Counted from the whole stretch's first letter, positions 12,942 through 26,930 are shown. The stretch is 62,600 nucleotides of DNA, filler included, from Choristocarpus tenellus KU-1152 (GCA_964200185.2; 11 parts of 11 records of this genome joined end to end with filler, not necessarily neighbours in it), one strand, 5' to 3'. Translations and numbers: made by a program. Notes: generated by a model not told the origin, from the sequence alone.

Positions 12942-15519
12942 TAATCAAACACGGAATAGAAGCTTGACGTCACTATTACGTAGTGTTGCATGATGATTTA
13001 CCACCTTACAACAAATATATCAAGGTTGAGGATAAATCCAATATTTTTCTCTTCTCAAAAGAGTATAAACATCAGCCACCCAAACCCTAACCCTAACCCT
13101 TGGCTACAATAGTGGAAACAAAAGCAATTCACGTTTCGTTCAACATAAACACGAGTCACTACTTCTCCTCTTTATCTATCTCTGCACTGCAAGACTCCAC
13201 TATTATATTTTCACCCCTCTGTTTGCGTCTATCTGAAACAATGGACAAGAACGCACCATGTTGTACCCACCCTTCCTCTCAAAAGCATTTCCACTGAAAA
13301 ACAATCATGTTGTAACATTATTTTTGTACTACATCTAACCCGAACAAACAGTATGTTCATAGGTGAAGGGTGATAAAATAGCATGGATTTGTCATCAGAG
13401 ATTGGTGTTACTACGCACATCAAAACATAACAGGACAACTTGAGTCTTGGGTCAATTCCAAATGGTGTGATGCCATCTCGGAACAAATGTAGTCAGCCGT
13501 AAATTGCTCATATTTTCATAGTCAATTTTCAACACTGGAATTGGAATCCTCTCGTTAAGGCTGATGCCATAGACCATGTTTTACCTTCCAATTCCATAAA
13601 CTTGGGGAGTTACTAGTCCAACGTTTTCAAGACTATTATTGTTATTATTGTATTATATTAATAGGTAAGGTAATATTTTTCTCACTACTTCCTCTTTCTT
13701 CATTTTTTTTATTTTCAAGGACAAGTCAGTCCCTTCAACACACAGGGAAAATGTTACCTTCTGAATCAACACCAAACAATCATACCTACCCAACAAGGCC
13801 ATTCCTATCACATGCATTAAAAGCTAGAACTTTAGTTTTCCAACATCCAACAAACTTTTTTTGTCGAAACATCGCACACTTCGCAATGATGACGTTCTTA
13901 TTACGTACTATAGAGTTGAAGGTGTTACTACTACTATTATTATTGTTTCCTTCCTGGTACTCCTCACGACTCCTAAATCATACCTACAAAGAAAGTCCGA
14001 TATAAGTCATAGGATACTACTTGTACGTACAACTAGATGTTAGATGTTAGTCGAACTGTACCATCCACTTCCTATGAAAGTAAAATGAAAAAACTGTCGA
14101 TGGATGCCTCACATACCACGTGGAAAAGGGTGCGTCATCTCTAAAGCGGTCACTGAATAAGACACCAACAAAGAGCAAGTTACCAAAGCATTATACTATC
14201 ATTATTATTCAGCACAAGACTTTTTATATAGACACTGAATGATTCATCTCTACTTAAAAAAAATATATTTCCTTTCATAAACTATTTTTCTTACGTTTCT
14301 CCTTTTTTGGTGGGGGATGGGGTCACTGCAGAACACAAAGCGCACCCACCCAAGACCCTTGTACTCCCGAGCATATCAACATTTTAGCCCTCCTATGATA
14401 TGAACTCCTGTTGATTCTGGTAACATAAAGGAGGATAAAGTACCAAGAGGAGGGTTCAAAGGAGTATATAATTGCACACAACAAAACCGCTCAACAAAAA
14501 TATGCTACTACTGTTCATATAAACCGCACAGACGTTTCAATACATTGTCATCAAATCAAGGGATTATCCTTGCCTCTATAATAAACTGCTACAAAAATCA
14601 AGAGGAAAGACACAAGAAGTTGATAACTAGTGATCGTGAAATTTAAGGTACCATCTTCACAGTAAAAATACACTCACTAATATGAAAACAATGGAGAATA
14701 TTGAATGAATGAATGAATTTTAATCTCAATACGAGTGAAGCGTGCTTGTTTTAGAGCCCGCCTTAAGAGATTTGCAACGAATTCCACTCCATTAAAGTTG
14801 TAAATAAGTCATTAATGGTGGAGCACAAAATCAATTCATCATCATCATCATCATCATCATCGGAACAATAGCTGGGTCTAATTACCATGTCCTGAAATGA
14901 TGTATCTTGCTGGTGAACCTGGAAGAGCCACAAGTGGACGCATGATACCAACCACGCAAGCCACAAGAACCTCCCTAAAACACATACACACACAGAAACA
15001 CATTGTGTTACCTTAACCTATACCACCTCACACAGCAGTTAGCAAAATCTTCATCTTCTTGGTCTCAAAAATAATTTCACCTCCACCTCATCTATCTACA
15101 CCTCATGTACGTACTACAGTTGTACTACAGTTGAACTCCCCCAGAGAATAAATAAACAACAAAAAACAGAACTATTTATCATTCATTGGCAAAAAAGGCA
15201 GTCACAGTATAAAAACTGCAAGGTACCACAAGTCATGAAGAAAGCCCAGTGTATCATTTCCTCCTCGATAGATAGACCACACCTTGTCCAAAAGTCCGTA
15301 AAACCATGTGCATACAGGCACTCACTCTACACGACCACAAAAAACGCATCCGCATCTATCACTGATACTTACGCCATAAACTCCAACACAACCTCCCTCC
15401 CACAGATAAGCCAAAACACTTGTAAGGAGGACACTTCAAGATCCAACTAGAACACCTACAACACAAAACAGTCAATCTAACATTTTTCAACCCACCGCCT
15501 CTATCACCACCACAGAGCT

Positions 15520-17694
15520 CTAGTACTGAACAAGTCCATCCAAATCTCCCCCTCCACCCCCACCCAGCCCCTGCAGCAACAAAGGCCGCCACAAGCCCCC
15601 ACGTCTCGTTCCACTCGACTCAACATTTCCCTGTTCTGGCCCCTGGCCCAGATCGCCCACAACAGCACTCTCCCCCCTGCCCCACCTCCTTCCCCAGCCG
15701 TCATCAGCCCCATCTACACCACCACTGCCACTCATGGCATTCACAGCAAACTCTTCCTCCAGCGTAGTGGCTAGTGGTGGAAGGCACGCCCTTCCACTGA
15801 GGGCGGGTACCCCAGTCTCTGCCCCCATCAAGAGCGAACTCACAAATATGTCCACGGGTGCAGAGACCGGCAACTTAGAAATGAGGGTCTCGGCCGCCTT
15901 GCGAGTGAGTAGGTAGGCATGCAAACGCCATGCAAAGGTGACACTGGCGACCAAGTCTTCGTTGTTTCCCATTGCGCTGCCGCCGCCACCCTTGCTGGTA
16001 CCCTTTGTGGTTCCTCCCCCGCCCTGTGGTCCTCCCTCAGTGGTACCAGTACCCAGCGCCGCTGGTACAGATGATGTATTCTTCAAGGTGTACTTGTGTT
16101 CAATTGCTTGGCGGATAGCAGCGGGCAGACTGTCATTTTTTTTAAAAATCAATCCCAGGGGCGAGATCAACAATACACACAAGTACAAACACACACACAC
16201 ACATAGAGGTGGGTGGTATAGTGGGGCAAAGTCGAAACAGGGCAGTGGGAACAGTGGTGTTGGGGAGGGTATGTGAAACAGTGGTGACTTCAGGATAGGG
16301 GGGTGGTTTGCACTGGCAGTTACAGGAACGTTCAGTGCATACTCCAGCACATACACACACACACATATATATATATATATTTTCCACAACATGTAACTTG
16401 AAGCGGGGAAGCAAACATACCCAAGACATCAACAACTATTTAAAGGGAAATGCAGAGATCAACAACACAATAATAGCGTATCGGGCGATCGATTTGACAC
16501 AATAAGGTATACCACCAATGTACACAAATGCGAATGATGGCATATATAGTCAGTACCTCACACCGTCACCATTTTTTTTTCTCAATTAGTTAGTTAGTTA
16601 GTCAGTCATACTGTTCTGCCAGCCCTTATCACTCCTATACGCATAGTGCTAACATACACGGCAGACCAGAAAAAAAAAATGGCGTTCGAGTACCCTAACA
16701 GATAAAAGTATGAATAGCTTTCGCTGGGATGAATAAAAGATTCGTTTTATTATTCAACGCGGCTATTGATTGGAGGTGGAAAGGAACTCACTCAAGAAGA
16801 AGCACTCCAGAGCATATTGGGAAAGGCTTCTTCCCAAGAAGTAGAGATACAATAAATGTTATCACCTATTGAGAACCGTTGTCCTTTCCCCTTGTTACAT
16901 CGGGTCCTACAGAACCAATACATTTTATTCTTCTTGTGTGGAATAGAAACGGACTGAAAAATCAGGGTGACAGACACATACACAAGCATAAACACACACA
17001 ATGTGAATATAGATTTAAAAATACTTGTGTGTGGATGTCTTGTCAAGAACTTGACACTATTTTCTATCCCATCACATCCCCACAAACAGCTACAGAGCAC
17101 CACCGGGCTACGCTACAAATTATACCAATTATAAAGTCATTGGCACTTGGACGTTACACTAGAGACCTAGACAACATCAACACAACAAAGTCACTATCAA
17201 GTTCTGCATTCCACAACTATACTTGTAAGGCTTCAGATACTGTGACCCTTTCCTATCGCCTTAACATGCACTAAGCAACTCACGTGAGAGAGGATTTTCC
17301 ATCAAGATCACTGCAGGTTACTTTATTATATTATTTGTAGGCGTAGTTAAACTTAACTCTTTATTATGCCACATATTAGTTAGGGTTAGGTTTAGCATTA
17401 GAAAAGTTAATGCCCACCGAGTACTAAAAATGCAACAAAAAGTTAAATCACTCGACTCAGAAAAAAAGAAAATGCTGTGAAGCATGCTTGAATCAACTAC
17501 TTGACAATAATCATGAATACATGACTACACAAAATATTACATGTATGTACACAACTCTGCAAAAACCCAAACCCTCCCCCTTCCCAATAGCAGTTGAAGT
17601 TGTGTCTGCCCTATTGGCCAATAGCATGCCAGAAAAATAATAAAGATAATGCCCTCACGTGTGTCCCAGGTAGCAGATGTCCCAGGACCCTCCC
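15520..17694 (-). CDS. Glycosyltransferase family 25 (GT25; LPS/procollagen galactosyltransferase-like), 3' part
   Basis: A 36-nt exon at 17694-17659 (GGSWDICYLGH, cag|...|gtgagg) splices in phase to exon 16129-15520. This gives WDICYLGHTLPAAIRQ...FAWRLHAYLLTRKAAETLISKLPVSAPVDIFV, containing the GT25 WD++YLG and AY+++..A..L...P...PVD motifs. Confidence 0.8.
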
Positions 17695-20600
17695 CTGCCA
17701 ACCTTCTTCTCAGAAAGACATACATATTTTTTTAAACAGACAAAAAACGGGGAAGGGGGGGNNNNNNNNNNNNNNNNNNNNNNNNNNNNNNNNNNNNNNN
17801 NNNNNTTAATTAATTAANNNNNNNNNNNNNNNNNNNNNNNNNNNNNNNNNNNNNNNNNNNNGCACCATTTTCGGTCAAACCCATCCTCAATAGTACGCTC
17901 CATCCTCAATTTTTGAAATCCCCTGTTTGTAGTGTAGTGTGGTCATCAGTCCCTACCTCTCGCAGCAAGCTGTCTTTATTCTCATTTTCTCACAGTAGTT
18001 GTTGTGGGTATGATAGCAACAACCAACTAGTTAGTGGTGAATACATTGTAGAGTTTCCGCACAATTTCCCATAAAATGTTAATGTAGGTCATGTGGCCTT
18101 CTTGGTTTACAGACTGGAGGAATAATTTCATTGTATCTACTTTATGGTGGACGACTTAGTTTACATTTTCCCGCTGGACGGCTGACTCAGATCCATCTGT
18201 TTGCGTCCACCAGAACTTGCATGCTTCCAAGAATAGAAAGGTTCAGAAAACTATGAGCATTACGTATCAAGAAGATCCTTGGAAACACTAATTGGTTGGT
18301 GGAGATACACACTGATTGGTATTTTCTCTCTGGGTCGGGATAGGACACTATGTCTCTCAGATTTGCAACCATGGTCTGTGACAACGGCCACAATATGTAT
18401 GGCCGACTGTAACTATGCAAAGGCGGTGCCAATAGCTATGCTGACGTCACTATGTTCTTTTACGACATACTATGCTCATGCTCTAATCACTCCTTCCCGA
18501 ATCACTCTCCCATCTCCCGTCATGTTTATGCTTCTATTGGCGCTAGAAGAAGTAGTATACTATTTGCTGGGACACTTCCAACGACTACAGGTTCGCTTGG
18601 TTTGATGCTCTTGATGTAATGGTTTGCTTGGACTAAAGTATTTTGTATCGTGGTACTATATATTTTGTATAGTCATGTCCTATGAATAATATAATACTAG
18701 GCCTCTTTTGGTGAGTATTTTATTGTTGACTATGTCAAGGTCGGGAATATAGACTGTTTCAAACCCAGGACTTTGTCGAGGTGTTTTTTCTTGTCTGTAA
18801 GATGCGTCATATTCAACTATTCAAGCTTACTACTTAGAAGTGCGAGTGTCGGAGGATTTCAGACATCCTAGGTGCAAGAGTACACCAGATTACCAAACAC
18901 GTGACATTGATGGGGCCAACAACTTCACCTTAGGCGTTCACTTCTGGAGGTTTCCATGTTTTAAAGGGGGTATTAGGGATCACTGTAGTGAGTGGCTTCT
19001 TACATAATAGCAGATCAGAGCATGGCAAATCACTGCCCTCTCTGTTTTTGTGTCCAAGGATAGTTATTTGAAGGAGCACTGATACACACAGTCAAGTGCT
19101 ATCAGGAGTGTGACCCAGAGGTGACTGGTGGCGTGCAGCAGTTTGATCTACTGTTCGATGGTGGGGGCAGCTGCATGTCGATGCTGCTACTACTACTGTA
19201 CTGTAGTAGATAATGATGTTTGGGACTTTAGTGCTGGTTTGGGCAATCTTCGATTGTGCCTTATCCACAAACCAATCAGATGCACTAAATGGATCAAGTG
19301 TTTGCCGTAAGGCTCACCATTAACTTGGCTGGTGTGGTCTCTCTCACGTAGTCTTCTAATACTGTACTTCGAGGTACTAAAGACTGTCATCTCATCTTTC
19401 TGTTCGAACTTTTGCAGATCACTACCAAAGTGACCAGGTATTCTATTCAGCCAGCGAACAATGGCTGACCGATCTCAAAATTAGATGCTACACATGCTGC
19501 CATGTACTCCAGTAGTATATACTTGGAGTACTGCCTAGTATTTTCTGCACTACTGCCGCAAAGAGAATCAACATCTAAATGTATGTCACCTCAAAAAAGT
19601 CAGAACACGTTTATTGGACTACCACAATTCTCTGACCCCAATTCCTTGCAAATGCAATGGCAATAGAAGTGTTTGGTTGTGTTCTAATGAGTATCGTTAT
19701 GGGAGCTAATGTATGGGTGCTTATCAAAGCCAGACACCAGCACCAACACCAACAGGTATGGTGATGTAACCCTCCAATAGATTAAAGATCTAGGTCGACG
19801 AAAAAAACACATCTGATGAAACATGGTCCACATACCCACAGGTGTACATAAATGCTTTGTTCCTTCCCAGTAGTAGTATAATGAAAATGCAAGTGATTTG
19901 CCCTTACATAAACAGCTTTCTATGAAAGACTTACGGCTATGCAGTAAGTAGAAAATACAGTAACACTGTACAAGCAAGGAAGTGAAGTATTACATGAACC
20001 GAAGAAGAGCGGTCTGAGATTGTTCCGAGAACAGGTGAGAATTTTCCAGGTTTAGTCCTAGCACAGAATAGAAAGTTTCATGCATTTGATAAATCAAATC
20101 CGATTTGTGGCGTACAAAGAAATTTCCGACAAATCAATGCCCGTTCCTGTAATAAATCTGAGTTATGCACATGAAATACACCCTCACAAATCAAAGATTT
20201 AGGAGTTAACTCTTCCATTTGTGGATCTGAATCATTCACAGTTATTAATATTTCTGAGAGTGGCATGCAGCAAATGTTCCGACAACAAGATTAAACATTC
20301 ATAAATCAACACAGTGTGGTTTATACAACTTGTGCTGACAAGGGCATATCATTGTATTTGTGTCAGGGAAGCACCTGTACCTCTTTTACAGATAGGAGAT
20401 TAGCATGTACAAATATTTGTACATGTTTTCGTAGGTGGGGGAGTGGTACGACAAATGCCTTTACATTTTTTGAATGCAGGAGTGGTGGTACCAATAAGCA
20501 AGACAGAACCACTGACCATTGATATATATGTAATAATATACAGGTACATGAAACTTAAAAAAGCTGGCGTCAACATGATACACTACAGACGTCATGTGAC

Positions 20601-21761
20601 CCATTACCCTACTAGGGCTACAGCAATGTGTGAGTTAGAAGGGGGTGGGGAATATTTTTTTATACTATTGATACTGAACAGCAAGGGAACAAAGTACTGC
20701 ATGTAATTGCAGTAGCAGCAGTGGTAACACCAAACTTGTACACAATTGTTCTTTAGTATTAGATCACAATGTAAGATTGGTATATAACGATCAGGTAGGG
20801 ACTGATCACCAATACACAATTATCTTCTTTCAACAAATAGGGACAAGTCATTTATATATGCTGATAAAGTGGTGACTGATATCTACAAATCATGTGTACA
20901 TGGTAACCAACAAGGATATCTCAACAAATCGGGGTTTGTAAATCATTCTTCAACAATGAGTTGTACTCTGTACAAGATTCCTGTGTAGAAATGATTTGTA
21001 CATTTCCACCACTCCCTTCAACCTTCACATACAAATATTTGTACATATATTTCCTACTGATTTGTGGAGCATACATGAGTTCAATCATGATTTGTCCCAC
21101 CTGTGGAAACTTTCTAGCGAATTCTTATCAACTAGGGCAATGGAAAATCATTCGCTCTCTTCTCATTTTGCATTGACTACTCCAAAACTCCTTCCTATAC
21201 TGTAAAAGCATCATCATAATAAAGAGAGCAAGCAATATTCCACTGGAGGAGATTATTTAATTTGCCCAGGTACAGGAAAGAGTCTGTGCAAGGAGGTAAG
21301 GGCTCTAGGGAACAGCAATGAGCATTGCAAAAATATGAAGGTAGAGAAGCACCTCGGTGTTGTCATTGCACAGGGTGAAGATGTAGAGCTGATAGAGTTC
21401 ATGATGATGTGAACTACTCAAGGATCTCAGCATACACAAAGTCAGCGATTCTTGCTCGGTTTCTACAATTGTTTAATGAATTAAATAATATGTGAATGAA
21501 TAGGGCTCCATTTTGACAATGCTGATACTACTACGGAATGGGAATACGGTCACAGGTACTTGTACCTACTAACTACATAGCTCTGGTTATGGACTTCCTT
21601 AGTGAATGGTCCCATGCTGGTATGCACCTCAGAGTCCCCCGACGCCTGTCATTTTATCTCACTGCCACCATATCACATCTAGAAGATTCACAGTCCAAGC
21701 AATAAAAAACTCCAGTTGAGGCTGCAAGAAAGCACAGTAAACACCTCTATTCCTTGTTGCC

Positions 21762-22738
21762 TCATTTTAGTTGAATTTGTTGCAGAAACAGTAAGATATC
21801 TGGTGACTCAATAAAACATGCGTTTCCTTCCACTAATCGGTAAGCTTCAGATACCTTCTCCTCTGGTGGTTTCATTGGCACGACACCCTCGACACAGCCA
21901 CAGCACTCCAATGCCTCATCCACCAAGGCGCTGCCACACATACCTGGGTTAAGTTCAGCCTCTGTCCATAAGAAGGCCTGGTGTTGTGTGCGAGCAGTTA
22001 GTCCCCCAAGAGTGTTCACCATTAACATCTTAGGGTCGTTGCCCTTTTCACTATCTACATCGGCGCCTGAAGAGACTGAGTCGTTCTTGTTTCCTTCGCT
22101 CGAGTACGAACTTTTTCGTGTTTCAATGACCTCGTAGCCTACCACACGCACTGTCTCTCTGATCTCCAGGGGTCGATCTCGCAATTTCAAAGGTAGAAAC
22201 GGAAGCCCTCGGCGCTTCATGTCGTCGATAGCATCATCTTCGCGAAAGAACTGCAAAGCCGCCAAGTCCCGTGTCGGGTGGAGAACTGGTTTAGCGAGCT
22301 CGTACGAGGTCAGCACAGCCCCTCCCGTCGACTGAAAGAGTGGGGAAGATGGTTCAGAGTTAGAAGATACTCAAGCGTGGGCATGGTTCGGGTATTGCAC
22401 GGGTAACGCCACTACGACGAACGTCTTCTTTAACTCACTTCTCTGAGCTCCATGAAGTACTTGACATGTGTTTCGTTCACGTAGCTTAGCCAATCCGCAG
22501 GATAGAAGTGAGGAAACTTCCACGGAGAAACTGTGTGAGCGGGGGCCAAGAAGCGCAAGCGGCTGTTCTTCCCGTTCCCCTCCAGAACAGGTGTGGTTGT
22601 AGCTCTCGCTAGGATGTTGTAGTCCTTCATCCCCTGGTCAGGGATCTTGAAGAACACGCCAAGACTGGCAGAGAATTTCCTCAAATCGGCTGCGTCTCTC
22701 AAGGCGTGACCCAAACGAGGGAGAGAGGCCGCAACCAT
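21762..22738 (-). CDS. Trypsin/HtrA-fold (PA clan) peptidase-like protein with Cys at the nucleophile position, 289 aa, no PDZ domain
   Basis: Exons 22738-22439 and 22331-21762, separated by a 107-nt GT-AG phase-0 intron. Triad motifs FLAPAHTV (His), HPTRDLAAL (Asp) and TEAELNPGMCGSALVD, which aligns to HtrA TDAAINPGNSGGALVN. Also ETVRVVGY and a C-terminal helix DILLFLQQI. Confidence 0.85.
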
Positions 22739-23326
22739 GAGGCTCAAGAACAGAATAGAAGTGATTCAAGTTTCTCACCAAGTTACTAAATGCATCCAAA
22801 CACCAGGTATATTTAATCATAACATCAGAGGTTCCTAAAGTTGATTGAAATGTTACATACCGACGCCTTTCTTTATATATATGATCCCTGTACCATGATC
22901 TTTTTTGATTGTGTTCCCAACCCCCCCTCTTTTCACACACTTAACGCGAAAAGGGAATCTTCGAATTCCTCATCGGCATCACCTCAGAAATACTCAATAG
23001 GTTGGTTCGTCTGCCCGGGACCACGCCTGAAGCTCGTTAAGAAACACAGTTTGCAGCTCATACGTCTTATTCCTCACGTGGATACGTCATTGTTAGCCAC
23101 CCTGGTTGAAGCTCCTACAGTATGACTAACCCCAATGAATGTTAAACTCGCCAATTATACACATCATCTCATTGTGGTGTTATTGAGTTCCCATTTCAAG
23201 AGTGAACATCATCTGCAATACACAGCGCCATTTATATGAATATAGGGGGGATAAGGACCTGATCAGCCCTCCAATCTCTACCGTCTTGTCATGCTGGTTC
23301 CGTAGTTCTGCAGTCCGAAGCTCACC

Positions 23327-26300
23327 ATGAGCGACATCTCCATCCTATTCGACTTCGATGGGACTGTGGGGGACACCGAAACCCCTGCCATGGAAGTGGC
23401 CTTCTGGGAGCTTGCACCATATCTGCCAAACACTTGTGAGTTTCGCGATGACTTAGAGCTGGTCAGTCTGTGGACTTCAATTTTGCGTCTCTCTTCGAAT
23501 CCACGACTTGGAAGTCGTACCGCATGTCTTGGAAACATATTTAATATGCATGTTATCGCTAGACCCCCATCTTCGTGACTTTCAACATCTCTAAGCCCAC
23601 TTTTATTCTACCATGTTGAATTTAGCCCCAGATGCCCTGGATGCATTGATGCCCGAGTTTGTCCGTGACAATGCGGGCAAGGCGTTCGAGTTTATGGTAG
23701 AATCGTGCAATGAAGATCGGTTAAATGCAGGCCTCCAACCTCTAGAGGAGGTATTTGCAGGTGAGGTTTCCGATGCCAATGCAAGAAGTGAGGGCGGTCT
23801 GGAATGCGTTATTTGCTTTCGGTAGTGTTGCTGCTTGTCGGGTACTTATTTGTGTCTTCTTTACCTCTCCTGCAGTAATCCCCCAATAGCAAAGAGGGTG
23901 AGTGGTCCTTTATGCTCTTGGTGTTGTATCCCCAAATATCTCCGTCAATGCTAGTGTGGCGTGATGGTTCAATACGTGTGTGCAGTTCACCCTAGCCCCC
24001 GTTCTCAACTTGTCCTCCTTACATAGCAAAGAGTGAGCCTGCTGAGATGCTAGCGGCAGTGGACCCACACCGCCAGAAGTTTGGACTCAAGACTTTTGCT
24101 GAGCTTCGGGCTCCTGGTGGTGGTGAACTCGACACCCTTTTGATCCAGCAAAAGGTCGAGACTGTTGATGCCCTCGGGAGGATCGCCCAACCCTGCCCCG
24201 GTGTGGTGCAGGTAGGATGTAGGACTGAAAAAATTGTCCTTTGAACAATGCAAAAGCAAGCAGTAGGACAAGCATGCTTGCTGTGGCATGTATGCACATT
24301 TGCTTTTTCAAGGAAATTGGCCTCCCAGTTCTTGTTATGTGGATGGCATGGATATATCTGTACCTGTACATGTACATGCACCTTCACATTTTTCGGAGAT
24401 GTTATGTTTGCCAAATCCTTTGTTCCTTAGCCCCATTTGATCTATTTTTTCTCCTAAGGTAGTACTCCTGTTCAGGGTCATGATGCTAAAGAGCTCATAT
24501 TCTATTACATGTGATGTCTTCTCTGCATCCAGGTGCTTCAAGAACTGACTGCCAAAGGTATTGCATTCTGCATATCCACTACCAGCCCCAAGCCTAGGGT
24601 GCCAGCATCCATTACGGCCTGTGGACTTGATGAGTATTTCCCGGCCGAAAAGGTCAGTGTATTTCAATCATGCCCTAACTTTGTTCATTCTCACCCACTT
24701 TTCCCTTGGCTCACTGAGGTTATGATCCTGACTCAGTATTTTTATCGAGTTCTGTAATGGGTGGAAGTATCTACATGTATGTTAGCACTTGAGGTAAGAA
24801 CAAGGTTCATTAAAACAAGTTACTGGTTATGTTGCAACTTGGATGTGTTTTACCCATCTTAGAGATATTCCAGGATGCGTCTTGGTATGTTGTTGTTGAA
24901 GGGTTGACTCATGAAAGAATAGAGTGCATTCCCAGGTATGTAAGCATTCTGTGTTCCATAGTCTAGTCTGTGAAGTCACAGAAGGCATATGCACCTGATG
25001 TTCGTGGTCTCTTTGAACATTCTGTGAGATGATGGTGAGTGCTCGAGAGGTGCACCGAGTTTTTGGTGGAGATTGTTCATCACTTGGTCCAGCTGCCCCT
25101 TGTTTTTCATTTCCCATGGGACAAAATTAGAGGGAAACGATTTTTAGTGAGGTGAACATCCCTTGGGCCTAAATCTTCTAGGCAGCACATTATGGGTGCT
25201 ACACCATCCCAAGAGTACGTAAAGACTTTCAGTTGTACATGATGTTGTATTGACTGGTGCAGGACTTGGATCAAGTGGGTATCATTCAACTGCCTCCTCC
25301 CGATGTCTTCTTTGTCAGGGTATTGACTGATTGTTCTGCTTTTGGTGAGAACGTTCCCCCACAGAACACCACAGCGGTGCTCTTAAACACCCCTGAGGAA
25401 GAAAATACTCTTGAGGAATTACCAGCGTATGGTAACCCATCATCAGAATGGGACTAATTAAGTGCTATTCCTATGAATTCAAGGCAAACTATCCGTGATG
25501 TAGATGCTGATGCATGACCCTCATTCTGGCAGGTTCACAGTGGTGAGAGTGATTTCGACCCTCCTCGCTTCAAGCCTGATCCATCTGTGTACCTGAAGGC
25601 CGCCAGTACAGAGGGAAAGGCCCCTGAAGACTGTATCGCGGTGGAGGACAGTGGATCTGGAGTTGGCTCTGCTTCCAACGCCGAAGTTGGTATGAAGTAT
25701 ACTTTTAGAGGTGTTGGTTTGTGAATTGAGAAGTGGGATTTGGGGCGCTTATGCTGTTTGGCAAGAGCTATCAGTCCCAAAGACTCTTCCGCTTATGTGA
25801 GAAGGTTGTCTCGAAAGAGCAACTTTGAGGGTAGCTGCAGCTTATCACCTTGCCTATTGTGGATGGCATGTTGACAATCTGTGTGACTGCTCAAACTATT
25901 ATGATTTTTTTGTATCGTGCCTGCCGTTTGGTAGTTGCCTAGAACCTCCCAGCCCTGACCCAGATCTCCTTATCCTTTGTATTCCCCTTTCTATCTTTGT
26001 TTACCCAGGACTTATTGTGGGGTACGTAGGTGCTTCTCACATCCCCGACTACAAAAAAGATACACATGCAGAGATGCTCATGGGCGGAGGCCGGGCTCAG
26101 AATGGCCGAGGCGCAGAGTTGGTCATCTCTGACATGACAGACCTGCCCAAAATCATTGACTTCTTTATTGAACAGAGGAAGGCTGGCATCAGTCGGCCCT
26201 TCACTTTCCCTGCGGTGAGTTTGTCTCGGGTACGGTAACTGCTGTTGAGGTAGGGAGTGAAGGTCAAGCTAATATTGAATGCTTGTGGTCTAGCCTCTGG

Positions 26301-26930
26301 CCAATGAGTTTTGTTGTTTGTTATGCCGTAAGGGGGGTGACTGCTCCATTTGTTTTGTCAAGAGTGGTTGTTGTGATGCTGCAGGGAGAGAATAAGGGAT
26401 GTTCCTGTTTCATATTATTGGCACAGTTTTGTGTCTGTTTTATGACTGAAGTAAAGTAGTTTTCTTTTTCTGTTGAGGTTTTATTAAGGACACCATAACC
26501 CTATACTGTACAATGACAATGGCAATGAAAATAGTTTCTACAATACTTGTGTTGTCGGGGATGGCATTGTATTGATAAGTGTGTTAGTGTATGTAACTAT
26601 CGTGCTGGATTACCTCACCTTCTCTACCCCCCACTCAATATGTGTTGGTTTTGGAAGCTCGCTGACTTTAGGAAGTATTTGCTACTGGAGTGCTTTCGGA
26701 TTTATGGTACTGATTCAAGAGATGGGATATTAGAGGGCATATACTTTTCAACTCTGTGCAAACATGACCATTTTTTTGTTGGTGCAGTTATCGGTTCTGG
26801 TGCCCTGCTCGTCTTTCATACCTCATTCTTGGTGCCGTTTCTGTTCCCTCTCCTTGTTCTTTCTATCATCCCGCAGGACCTGCTCTCCTCCCTGAAGCAG
26901 CCTGCATGGGAGGGTGGAAACAAGCTTTGA
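23327..26930 (+). CDS. M1Pase: HAD-superfamily phosphatase, probably brown-algal-type mannitol-1-phosphatase, 321 aa
   Basis: Seven in-phase GT-AG exons: 23327-23435, 23626-23760, 24027-24211, 24533-24652, 25533-25689, 26009-26214, 26877-26930. HAD motifs I (LFDFDGT), II (ISTTS), III (FKPDP) and IV (VEDSGSG). HAD membership is secure; the M1Pase call rests on recalled similarity of DTETPAMEVAFWELAPY and RDNAGKAFEFM to algal M1Pases. Confidence 0.72.

Noticed and set aside
14886-14918. 33-nt AG/GT-bounded segment on the minus strand (VHQQDTSFQDM)
   Set aside because: It lies past the GT25 stop, has no partner exons or recognisable motif, and cannot be supported as coding.
16130-16392. 5' part of the 290-aa ORF 15520-16392
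   Set aside because: Intronic (TA/TG microsatellites) read-through upstream of the acceptor at 16131-16130.
16792-16865. Candidate extra GT25 exon (tag|GTGATAAC...TTGA|gtgagt)
   Set aside because: Its 74-nt length would shift the frame between exons 17694-17659 and 16129-15520, which already join in frame.
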